Shown piece by piece: positions 1-7,140 of a stretch of 38,655 nucleotides of DNA. Position 1 is the first letter of the stretch. Each line of letters begins with the position of its first letter. Where the stretch lies: the NCBI GenBank assembly GCA_002899795.1, contig PPDG01000259.1, positions 1-38,655 of the forward strand, written 5' to 3'. Made by a program: the position numbers and the translations under genes. The notes beneath the pieces are model-generated. The model made no database searches and was not told the DNA's origin. It saw nothing but the letters and a program-made list of their open reading frames with translations. The DNA is from Desulfobacteraceae bacterium (lineage in GTDB: Bacteria > Desulfobacterota > Syntrophobacteria > BM002).

Positions 1-10
1 AGAGGATTTC

Positions 11-886
11 ATGAAAAAAACCGGTGTCTTCTACCATCCCAGCTTCAGCCGAAAAAGTTATCTCACCCGCGGATCTCGACTGGAGGATTTTCCCGAAGCG
101 ATTGATTATCTGCTGGCCCGTGACAACGTTGTTCTCTACGAATCGCCACCCATCGAGGAAGAGTGGATCCTCAAGGTGCACACCCCCGAACTTATCCGAG
201 GCGTGGAGGGTGATCCCCTTTGCTCCACTGGCTGGCACTCAGTTGGTGGCGTGGTCCTAGCCGGAGAAAAGATCTGCACTGGAGAGATTTACAACGGCTT
301 TGCCCTCATTGGTGCCGGTGGTCATCATTCGGGAAGAGATTATTTTGGCGGCTTCTGCTGTTTCAATGATGTGGTAATCACCATCACTTACCTGCGAGAG
401 ATACACAATATTCAACGCTTCGCCATCCTTGATACAGATGCCCACCACGGTGATGGCACGCGTGATCTCCTCAAGAATGATCCAGACGTGCTTCACGTTT
501 GTTTTTGCAGCATGGATTCTTGTTCAGCAGACGGCACCAAGGTGGACGTTCCTGCACCTGGCGGTTTCTGGGGATTCTCGGGTAAAGCCGCTGACAGTGT
601 GGATGAGGCCTACGCCAATAAGGTAAGAGAAGAGTTCGGTCCTCGGGTGGCTAATTTCAAACCAGATCTCATTTTCTGGTATTTCGGTTTCGACACCCAC
701 AAGGGAGATTATGGTAGCCTGGGGCTCAGCAAAGCGTGCTTCCTGGACATTGCCCACTTCATGCGACAGACCGCCGACGAGGTGACCGATGGTCGTCTGG
801 AGGTGGTTCTAGGGGGTGGATCCCGCACTGACCTTGCCACCGCACTTATCCCACCAATTATAGAAGTCCTGGCAGATACCGCCTAG
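11..886 (+). CDS. HDAC-fold (histone deacetylase / acetoin utilisation family) amidohydrolase
   Basis: 291-aa ORF with an AGAGGA SD just upstream of the ATG. HDAC-fold signatures are visible: GAGGHH, FCCFND, LDTDAHHGDGT. Confidence 0.85.
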   Translation: MKKTGVFYHPSFSRKSYLTRGSRLEDFPEAIDYLLARDNVVLYESPPIEEEWILKVHTPELIRGVEGDPLCSTGWHSVGGVVLAGEKICTGEIYNGFALIGAGGHHSGRDYFGGFCCFNDVVITITYLREIHNIQRFAILDTDAHHGDGTRDLLKNDPDVLHVCFCSMDSCSADGTKVDVPAPGGFWGFSGKAADSVDEAYANKVREEFGPRVANFKPDLIFWYFGFDTHKGDYGSLGLSKACFLDIAHFMRQTADEVTDGRLEVVLGGGSRTDLATALIPPIIEVLADTA

Positions 887-906
887 TTCTTCGCGCATTA
901 AAGCAT

Positions 907-930
907 CCCTCCCGACGCCGGGAGGGCTTT
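907..930 (+). terminator. putative intrinsic terminator after the HDAC-like gene
   Basis: CCCTCCCG-ACGC-CGGGAGGG perfect 8-bp GC stem followed by CTTT, 21 nt after the stop codon. The U-tract is short. Confidence 0.45.
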
Positions 931-1065
931 GGTCCATGAGCCGACCCGAAAGGGTGGCGCCCCCAACCGCCGAGGTCACGCCTGGGCGTGACTATGGCGA
1001 GTCAAGTAGGGTGCGATTCACAATTCCACGCCTTGTGGTAAGACCAAAGCCGTGCCCGTGAACGA

Positions 1066-1160
1066 AATCCCCCCTAACCCCCCTTTATGTAAAGGGGGGA
1101 ATTTATTGAAACCACTTCAGAATCTTCCCCCTTTTGTAAAGGGGGATCGAGGGGGATTTT
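1066..1160. repeat. inverted pair of G/C-tract hairpin elements (CCCCCTTTxxxAAAGGGGG type)
   Basis: 1066-1103 reads AAATCCCCCCTAACCCCCCTTTATGTAAAGGGGGGAATTT. 1124-1160 is a reverse-complement variant, CTTCCCCCTTTTGTAAAGGGGGATCGAGGGGGATTTT. Related GC hairpins occur at 7469-7503, 7584-7611 and 33053-33160. Confidence 0.6.
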
Positions 1161-1243
1161 GCTGCGCTGTCATTAGGTAGTTAAATGACAATAAATGACA
1201 GCGAAGCGTAATGACCTAATGACTATGAGTGACGCGAAGTATA
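1161..1243. repeat. TAATGAC-mosaic palindromic repeat, short copy (family C)
   Basis: GCTGCGCTGTCATTAGG...AAATGACAATAAATGACAGCGAAGCGTAATGACCTAATGAC. It shares the AATAAATGAC..ATGACAGCGAAGCGTAATGAC module with copies at 26941-26990 and 34741-34780. Confidence 0.6.
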
Positions 1244-1607
1244 ATTCTGCACGATTATTGCATTATTGTTTGTGACTTTCATGATGAAAAGAAGAATGGA
1301 GATGAAGGTTGAGAATCCCTGATATTTGCAAGACCTGTAAATACGTGACTATCCTTTCCCACGGAATTCGGTGCCGAAAAAAAGTGCGGGCTCGATACGT
1401 CAGGGGAAAATTCGTCTGCAGTAAGTATCGGCTGTCCAAGCGCTATCAAACAAATCCTCTTTATGGGTAAGTAATGAAAGAAAGTAGCCAGTAGTCAGTA
1501 GTCAGAATCCAGGAGTAAACGGAAAACGGTAATCTGTGAATAACTGACCTCTTTGACTAATTTTCTAATTCTCTAATAAACCAATTCTGTCCTCTACCGA
1601 TTACAAC

Positions 1608-1660
1608 AAATGACAGCGAAGCTTAGTGACCTAATGACGCCGAAGGCACATGACGCGAAG
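1608..1660. repeat. TAATGAC-mosaic repeat fragment (family C)
   Basis: AAATGACAGCGAAGCTTAGTGACCTAATGACGCCGAAGGCACATGACGCGAAG. It uses the same word set as the other family C copies. Confidence 0.5.
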
Positions 1661-1731
1661 CTCGATGAGAGCTGAGCGCTGCGGTCAGCTGTATTTCCCT
1701 ATGCTCTATGCCCCATGCCCTATGCGGTTCA

Positions 1732-2469
1732 TTACCCCAGCTTTCCCACTGTGATCATATAGAGGACCGTCTCTTCTTCGCCGTCCACCTCCACAAGTTT
1801 GTTGAGTTCGTCGTCGTAAAAGGCGCCTATGGGACAGGAACCAAGTTCCAGAGCGGTGGCTGCCAACTGCACATTTTGGCAGACATGGCCAAGGTCCATG
1901 CCAATATATCTCACTGCCCTTTCACGATATTTCACCATGCACCTGAGCATCATAGCAGTCCAGATAATCACCACCGCTGCCTTGCGAACCACAGGCTGAC
2001 CCAAGCTGGCAGCAGTAATCACTCCATTGAAATTACCTTCCTGTAAACACTCCAGCACGAAATCTGCCACATCTAAATGGTAGATTCCCTGCGGTACACC
2101 CTCAACCCGGTCAATGTAGACATAGGTCTCAAATGGATAAAGGGCGCCTGCCGAAGGTGCGGTTCTGAGCAAATACATCCCCGCCCGAGCTGTTATTCCC
2201 TGGGCTGCCCACAAGACTTTTGCAAGCTCCTCCAAGCTGAGGGGCTCCTGGGTTGTATTCCGCTCAGATCTCCGTCTTGCCAGACAATGCCACAGATCGG
2301 CAGATTCGCTAAAATCTGGTTGCGGTAACTGTACGCGCTCAGCGCCACCGTAGGTTTTGAAGTGATCAGGTGAAGGAATAGAACCCAGATCATCCCTAGG
2401 AGCTCGCTCTCGGGAATACTTGGTTTTCTGCACATAACTGAAGGCTAACCCTTTCTTGTATTTTGCCAC
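1732..2469 (-). CDS. SagB/ThcOx-type nitroreductase-fold dehydrogenase
   Basis: 245-aa ORF with a GTG start preceded by AAAGGAG (6-nt spacer). It has the SagB-type motif TAPSAGALYPFETYVY and a C-terminal nitroreductase-like ...GSCPIGAFYDDE. Confidence 0.8.
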   Translation of the reverse strand: MAKYKKGLAFSYVQKTKYSRERAPRDDLGSIPSPDHFKTYGGAERVQLPQPDFSESADLWHCLARRRSERNTTQEPLSLEELAKVLWAAQGITARAGMYLLRTAPSAGALYPFETYVYIDRVEGVPQGIYHLDVADFVLECLQEGNFNGVITAASLGQPVVRKAAVVIIWTAMMLRCMVKYRERAVRYIGMDLGHVCQNVQLAATALELGSCPIGAFYDDELNKLVEVDGEEETVLYMITVGKLG

Positions 2470-2624
2470 GACGATCTCCTTTCATATGTCATTGGTTTTT
2501 CAATTAAGGATATCCGTGGAAAAGGCCATGGAGATAAAAAGAATTGAACCACGGAGACACAGAGGAGTGCTTCGCACTCAAATTCGAAATACGAAACCCG
2601 AAGCACGAAACAAATACAAAATTG

Positions 2625-2668
2625 GTCCTCCGGACTCCCCACCCTTCGGGCGGGGCCCCAGTTTCGAA
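2625..2668 (-). repeat. twin-hairpin element, copy a (family E)
   Basis: + strand reads GTCCTCCGGACTCCCCACCCTTCGGGCGGGGCCCCAGTTTCGAA. On the - strand it folds as CCCCGCC-CGAAG-GGTGGGG plus GTCC-GGA-GGAC, followed by a U-rich tract. Flanked by TTCGAAAT-type stutters and a GTTTTGAACATTTGAG block shared with the 28520 region. Confidence 0.7.
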
Positions 2669-2774
2669 TTCTCAAATGTTCAAAACGTGACTGCTCAAAA
2701 TGACTTGTCTGGTGTTTCGGTCATTTAGATTTTGGTAATTCGAATTTGTTTCGGATTTTATTACACTCTCGAAT

Positions 2775-2846
2775 CGCAACCAAAGGTTGCTCCTACATGA
2801 CGAGCATCATGTAAGTAATTCCTGTAGGAGCAAGCTCTGCTTGCGA
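2775..2846. repeat. REP-like doublet, GTAG-type variant
   Basis: 2775-2797 is CGCAACCAAAGGTTGCTCCTACA and 2822-2846 is CTGTAGGAGCAAGCTCTGCTTGCGA. They lie head to head with a 24-nt spacer. The architecture matches the GTGG-type REP doublets, and the stems differ by a compensatory C-G/G-C swap. Confidence 0.65.
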
Positions 2847-2873
2847 TAAATAAAAGGATAGCTCTTAAGTCCT

Positions 2874-2923
2874 TTCATTTTAGACATTTTAGGCACTTTA
2901 GCTCACTTTAGTTCATTTGAGAC
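2874..2923 (+). repeat. tandem 9-10-nt CAYTTTAG array
   Basis: TTCATTTTAG ACATTTTAG GCACTTTAG CTCACTTTAG TTCATTTGAG. It uses the same unit and orientation as the arrays at 22713-22811 and 19181-19210. Confidence 0.7.
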
Positions 2924-2972
2924 GGTGCCTCTGTGGTAAAACCAAACAGTGCGACTTCTGCTAAGGTTGCAC

Positions 2973-3791
2973 CTAGCGTGCAAAGGCCTGCTGTGTTAGC
3001 TGCTCCAAAAACGCTGGATACTCCGGATCAAGAATGCGCACTTGGGGCCTGCCATCCTCTCCACGCACCAGCTTCAAATCTCCCTGTGCCATCCACTGGA
3101 TACATTGCGAATAGATAGCATATTCAAGTTCGAGTCCCCGCCTTCGTACCACCTCCAAAGTGTCTTCCGGCCAGATGGGATATATGGCCTGGGCAATAAT
3201 GGGTCCGGTGTCTTCTCCCTCGTCTATGAAATGGACGGTGACTCCCCCGAACCTGCAACCATACGAGAAAGTGGCTCCATATCCATCAGTTCCCGGAAAA
3301 GCAGGGAGAAGCGCCGGGTGAATATTCATGATCCCGTAGCGGTCTTCCGTGTTGTAGTGTCCAATGAAATAGGGGGAGATCAACCGCATGAATCCCGCCA
3401 GACAGATGAGATCAGGATTCAGCGGTTTCAATAATGCTAAAACCTCCTGCTCGGCCAGTGCTAGTCGCGCCAACCGATCCCTTACTTCGCCATCTGCAAG
3501 ACCCGAATAGATTCGTTGCCGGTTGACAACCTCATCGAATTCTTTGGGAAGAGTGCTCTGGACAACTTCTGCAAGGAATCTCTTGCCGTAATTCCTGTAA
3601 TCCACTACGGCAGTGGGAATTCCGTGCTTCTGAGCCCTGACCAACCCATAGGCGTCGGGATTATTGCTCACCACCAAGCTGATCTCAGCATCCAGTTTGC
3701 CAGCCTCAATTCGGTCAATCATGGCCTGGAGGTTCGTTCCGCCCCCTGAGATCAGCACTGCAATTTTGAGCTTTTTGGTTTTCTCCTTCAC
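2973..3791 (-). CDS. purN: phosphoribosylglycinamide formyltransferase with an internal insertion
   Basis: 272-aa ORF with a GTG start after GAGGTGA. PurN motifs are present: VLISGGGTNLQA, LAGFMRLI, NIHPALLPAFPG, GVTVHFIDEGEDTGPII. It carries about 40 extra residues between the N-terminal strand region and LAGFMR compared with the ~210-aa canonical PurN. Confidence 0.85.
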   Translation of the reverse strand: MKEKTKKLKIAVLISGGGTNLQAMIDRIEAGKLDAEISLVVSNNPDAYGLVRAQKHGIPTAVVDYRNYGKRFLAEVVQSTLPKEFDEVVNRQRIYSGLADGEVRDRLARLALAEQEVLALLKPLNPDLICLAGFMRLISPYFIGHYNTEDRYGIMNIHPALLPAFPGTDGYGATFSYGCRFGGVTVHFIDEGEDTGPIIAQAIYPIWPEDTLEVVRRRGLELEYAIYSQCIQWMAQGDLKLVRGEDGRPQVRILDPEYPAFLEQLTQQAFAR

Positions 3792-3841
3792 CTTGTCTCA
3801 CCTCATATGCTTTGCAGGCTGCTGAAAAAGTATGCGAATAC

Positions 3842-3926
3842 GTCATTCTGAGGAGCGGCAGGCGACGAAGAATCTCGAGATCCTTCGCGGAGCCTGTCCT
3901 GAGCCTGTCGAAGGGCTCAGAATGAC
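3842..3926 (+). repeat. GTCATTCTGAG...CTCAGAATGAC nested-palindrome element, copy 1 (family B)
   Basis: Outer 11-bp perfect inverted repeat GTCATTCTGAG/CTCAGAATGAC and an inner GAAGAATCTC/GAGATCCTTC. Homologous to 13074-13172, 15699-15836 and, inverted, 19808-19909. Confidence 0.8.
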
Positions 3927-4141
3927 ATTGATTGAGACTTTTCCAGTATCCTGCTCTTGACGTTTTCTTCAACATCTCTTAAGTCATCAGGGGCAGGATA
4001 GCAAAGATGGTAGCGTTGATGGAAGTTTTTTCAGTTTAAGAAGCCTAGTTTGTCTGTCCGCTCGCCATTTACAATACCAAGTGCTATAATTCCTAGCAGG
4101 GTGCTGAAAGACTCGATATTTGTAGTGTGAGCACCACGTCT

Positions 4142-4243
4142 GTCATTCCGGAAGTCGCGAAGCGACTGTCCGGAATCTAGAAATAACAATAATTTACTGG
4201 ATACCCCTTCGACTTCGCTCAGGGTGGTGATCCTGTCGAACCA
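4142..4243 (+). repeat. family B-related variant element
   Basis: GTCATTCCGGAAGTCGCGAAGCGACTGTCCGGAATC (internal palindrome) followed by CCCCTTCGACTTCGCTCAGGGTGGTGATCCTGTCGAACC. It resembles the CCTTCGACAGGCTCAGG module of family B. Confidence 0.45.
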
Positions 4244-4364
4244 CGGATCTCGCCCGTCATAGGCGGACTCGTCCGGTATGACGATGGATGGAGTTGCCAG
4301 GCTAGTCCGAATTCTACATCACTAGCATTGCTGTCAACTGTGACGCGATAACCAGGAGTTTCCC

Positions 4365-4634
4365 ATGTCGATGTGGCTTTACGATGAAATGAATGAGATG
4401 GAGGATTACCAGAACTACCAGAAAGAAGTCCGGCTCCTTGAGAGAGAGTACCTTGAAATCCGGATCCTTCTTCGTGATGCCGAGGCAGATTATAGAAAAG
4501 AACCTGAGAGCGAGTATCTCGAAGCAAAGGTGAAGTATTTGCAAAAAAGGCTGAAGGGTTTGGAGGGCCTAGCAGCCCGGCTTGCCGCTGACCACCCGCT
4601 GGAAATATCCCTTTTTGCTCCGCCCCACGGCTAA
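4365..4634 (+). CDS. hypothetical small acidic/basic coiled-coil protein (89 aa)
   Basis: AGGAG SD 7 nt upstream of the ATG. Charged heptad-like sequence (EYLEIRILLRDAEADYRKEPESEYLEAKVKYLQKRLKGLE). I recognise no family. Confidence 0.45.
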   Translation: MSMWLYDEMNEMEDYQNYQKEVRLLEREYLEIRILLRDAEADYRKEPESEYLEAKVKYLQKRLKGLEGLAARLAADHPLEISLFAPPHG

Positions 4635-4673
4635 CCCCTACTCTTATCAATCTGGGAAGACAAAAGGTGTGGG

Positions 4674-4870
4674 TAACCCTAACGTTGCATACCTACTCCG
4701 AGGAAAAACGCGCCAGAGTGCGCCAGATGTGGCTGCGCACAGGCTCGGTCAGGACGAAGCATACTTCACCGTACGTTGAGATCCTGGCCGAGGCGAGCAC
4801 AGCCGCAGATGGGGTACTATAGCGCGAGCCTAGCGATTTTAGCCGGTGTGGGTATGCAACGTTAGGGTTA
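4674..4870 (+). repeat. ~193-nt long-hairpin element D1 (MITE-like or structured RNA)
   Basis: Perfect 20-bp terminal inverted repeats TAACCCTAACGTTGCATACC / GGTATGCAACGTTAGGGTTA. It aligns end to end with 6838-7029. Inner stems include CTCGGTCAGGA/TCCTGGCCGAG and GTGCGC-N11-GCGCAC. The wobble pairs are G.T only when read on the + strand. Confidence 0.8.
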
Positions 4871-4873
4871 AGC

Positions 4874-5053
4874 TCAGTGGAGGTCGGTATCAAAATCATG
4901 ACTCACGCAATCCCATACACCATCAGGATCACACTCTTTACAATGGTAGTGCTCCGCATATATGAGGTGACTTTGGTAGGATACGGCTTCCTCTAAACGG
5001 ACCCGGGCTTCGCAATGGGCACAGTCAACATATCGAATGTTATCTTTATTCAT
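4874..5053 (-). CDS. hypothetical 59-aa CxxC...CxxC zinc-ribbon-like protein
   Basis: Internal ATG of the 131-aa track ORF, chosen because the upstream part overlaps the neighbouring gene. Sequence is MNKDNIRYVDCAHCEARV...HYHCKECDP. No clear SD. Confidence 0.35.
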   Translation of the reverse strand: MNKDNIRYVDCAHCEARVRLEEAVSYQSHLIYAEHYHCKECDPDGVWDCVSHDFDTDLH

Positions 5054-5084
5054 TCTGTGGGGACCATGAGGATTGAGAGGCGGC

Positions 5085-5315
5085 TCATTCTTTCGGTTCC
5101 TTAGGTTTGTGCATGGGCAGCCCATAAAGGGTATCAATGTAATATTCAAAATTCTCGGGACCTGCCTCTTCCACTTCTTTGCGGAATTTTTTGCAGATCT
5201 CCAATCCTTTCTCCTGGGCGCCTTCGGGAAAACCTTCCTCGTCGGACAAATACCGCTTCTCAATCTCATCTAATTTATTCATGAACTCTTCATAGGTGAT
5301 TTCCTCTATCGCCAT
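5085..5315 (-). CDS. hypothetical 76-aa acidic protein
   Basis: ORF with a GGGGG SD-like tract 5 nt upstream of the ATG. Co-directional and closely spaced with its neighbours. No family recognised. Confidence 0.45.
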   Translation of the reverse strand: MAIEEITYEEFMNKLDEIEKRYLSDEEGFPEGAQEKGLEICKKFRKEVEEAGPENFEYYIDTLYGLPMHKPKEPKE

Positions 5316-5351
5316 ATTCGCCCCCTAAAGTAATGAGCTGAATCAACCGGA

Positions 5352-5543
5352 TTATTCAAATGTAACCTCGACTTCGCTGAGGGCTTTTCTGGCCTCGGCA
5401 ATCAAATCATAAAAAGCGTCCGATTGATAAGTATCGAAACCGCCGCATCCCATGTCACCGGCTTTGTCAAAAACATGCTCTTTATCAATGTAGGTTATCA
5501 GATCTCTTGCGGCCTCAAAGAGGGTCAAATACTCATCCTTCAT
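5352..5543 (-). CDS. hypothetical 63-aa protein
   Basis: Internal ATG at 5543 preceded by a strong GGAGGAGAGGAG SD. It overlaps the stop of the upstream MBL/TPR gene by 11 nt, which suggests translational coupling. Confidence 0.5.
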   Translation of the reverse strand: MKDEYLTLFEAARDLITYIDKEHVFDKAGDMGCGGFDTYQSDAFYDLIAEARKALSEVEVTFE

Positions 5544-6819
5544 TTGTCTCCTCTCCTCCGGGTGTCTTATCATCCTTCTTAGGTTCTTGTTCTTGTTTGT
5601 CAATCTCAGTCTTGAATCTTTCCATAAACTCCGTCTTGAAGGCTTCGATCTCCATAGCCTCGTCATATTTGCCCATAAAGTACAGGGCCATACCCTTGAA
5701 TACCTGGGCTTCCTTGATCTCAGGGTTTATGGCCAGAGCGTCATCGAAGTATTTTATACTCTCATCATATTTTTGCAGCCCCAACAAAGCGTGGCCTTTG
5801 GCTGCAAGGGCGTGAACATCATCGCCTTTCTGCGCCAGAATCTGATCCAAAATCTCAATAGCCTCTTCACACCTGCCCATGTCGTTCAGGGCAAAGGCCT
5901 TCAACTGTGAGGCTGATAAATTTTCCGGTCTGAGGGCCAGCTCCTTGTCGCAGCAATAAACAACCTCTTCCAAAAGCCCCTTTTCAGCCAATACCGCGGC
6001 TCCCTCCATCCAGGTTGTTTTGGAGTCCGGCTCGACCTCCATGAGCTTCATCATCACGCCCTCGTAGGTCTCCTCCACGCTGCGTCTGCCGGTGGCCGCC
6101 ACGGGAACACCGTGGCCGGGGAGTATATTTTCAATGTCTTTTTGCATCAATTGCTTGAGCCCGTACAAGTAATGCTCCAGCCTTCCTCCGGCGGTTTTGT
6201 CAGCATCCCCAATAGAGTGCGGTATTACAGTGTCCCCGGTAATGGCGGTTCTTGTTGGCCCGTGATACAAACATATGCCGTCAATGGTATGGCCGGGAGT
6301 GTGAATCACTTCCCATTCAAAGCCGCTCAGTTCAAGGGTTTCCCCGCCCTTTACTTGGGTCAGGGAGAATCCTTGACTTTCGAGTATTTTCTTAAACTCC
6401 TGGGGACCTCCTTCATGGTTGATAATCTCGATCTCTTTACTTTCATAGATGGGGGGGTATCTCAACAGTTCGAATACGCCCATGCAGTGGTCACGGTGCC
6501 CGTGAGTGACCACCACCTTTTTGATGTCCAGAGGATTGAACCCTAATTTTTCAAGCTCAGTAAAAACCGTATAATCATTTCCCGGATCGACGATGGTCAG
6601 GTAGTCACCTGCAAGCACATAGACATTGCTGGATTCTCCATAGCCGATAAGAAACTTGCTCTTTGCAAAGACAGGATCTGATATCTTCATAACCTCTGCG
6701 ATAGACAGCCAGCCCGGGTGATCCGGTTCTAACTCGGCCGGGAGGGCAACCCCCTCTTCAAGGGGATCAAACTCCTTTGGGAACTCAAACTTCTCACCTT
6801 CTTTCTTTTCCTTTGTCAT
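5533..6819 (-). CDS. MBL-fold metallo-hydrolase fused to C-terminal TPR repeats
   Basis: HxHxDH motif (VVTHGHRDHC), a downstream HTPGHT, and a C-terminal TPR-like region (ALNDMGRCEEAIEILDQIL..., KYDESIKYFDDALAINP..., MGKYDEAME). I chose ATG 6819 with AGGGAG 5 nt upstream over the track's GTG 6825. Confidence 0.8.
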   Translation of the reverse strand: MTKEKKEGEKFEFPKEFDPLEEGVALPAELEPDHPGWLSIAEVMKISDPVFAKSKFLIGYGESSNVYVLAGDYLTIVDPGNDYTVFTELEKLGFNPLDIKKVVVTHGHRDHCMGVFELLRYPPIYESKEIEIINHEGGPQEFKKILESQGFSLTQVKGGETLELSGFEWEVIHTPGHTIDGICLYHGPTRTAITGDTVIPHSIGDADKTAGGRLEHYLYGLKQLMQKDIENILPGHGVPVAATGRRSVEETYEGVMMKLMEVEPDSKTTWMEGAAVLAEKGLLEEVVYCCDKELALRPENLSASQLKAFALNDMGRCEEAIEILDQILAQKGDDVHALAAKGHALLGLQKYDESIKYFDDALAINPEIKEAQVFKGMALYFMGKYDEAMEIEAFKTEFMERFKTEIDKQEQEPKKDDKTPGGEETNEG

Positions 6820-6837
6820 GTTCACTCCCTTCGATTT

Positions 6838-7029
6838 ACCCTAATGTTGCATACCTACGTCGAGGAAAAACGCGCAAGAGTGCGTCAGATGTGGCTGCGC
6901 ACAGACTTGGACAGGTCGAGGCGTACTTGACCGTACGTCGAGTCCTGTCCGAGACGAGCACAGCCGCAGATGGCGTGCTATCAAGCGAGCGCAGCGGTTT
7001 TTACCGGTGTAGGTATGCAACATTAGGGT
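6838..7029 (+). repeat. ~192-nt long-hairpin element D2
   Basis: Perfect 19-bp terminal inverted repeats ACCCTAATGTTGCATACCT / AGGTATGCAACATTAGGGT. About 85% identical to D1 by hand alignment, with compensatory differences in three helices. It starts 18 nt upstream of the MBL/TPR start codon. Confidence 0.8.
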
Positions 7030-7140
7030 TTACTTTATTTCATAGAATTAGACCGCCAATAATAGACTAATCACCAGGGATTCTCAAGCTTTGATTGTGC
7101 AAAAGGCAAAGGCATGGGCCGGCTCCTAACTAGGATCCCA

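Noticed and set aside
3128-3151. tRNA-like T-arm/acceptor string GTTCGAGTCCCCGCCTTCGTACCA
   Set aside because: The 5 nt preceding the TTCGAGT loop (TCAAG) cannot pair with CCCCG to form a T stem. No D or anticodon arms can be drawn. The string lies inside the well-supported purN coding sequence.
4674-7029. Integron attC sites / gene cassette interpretation of the D1/D2 elements (ends resemble RYYYAAC ... GTTRRRY: CCCTAAC ... GTTAGGG)
   Set aside because: The cores deviate at constrained positions: the last base is G rather than Y, and D2 has ATTAGGG, losing the invariant G of GTT. The elements are about 193 nt, longer than typical attC sites. They enclose four genes with their own SDs rather than single promoterless cassettes. 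No integrase gene is in the window. I kept them as a finding under a more neutral description.
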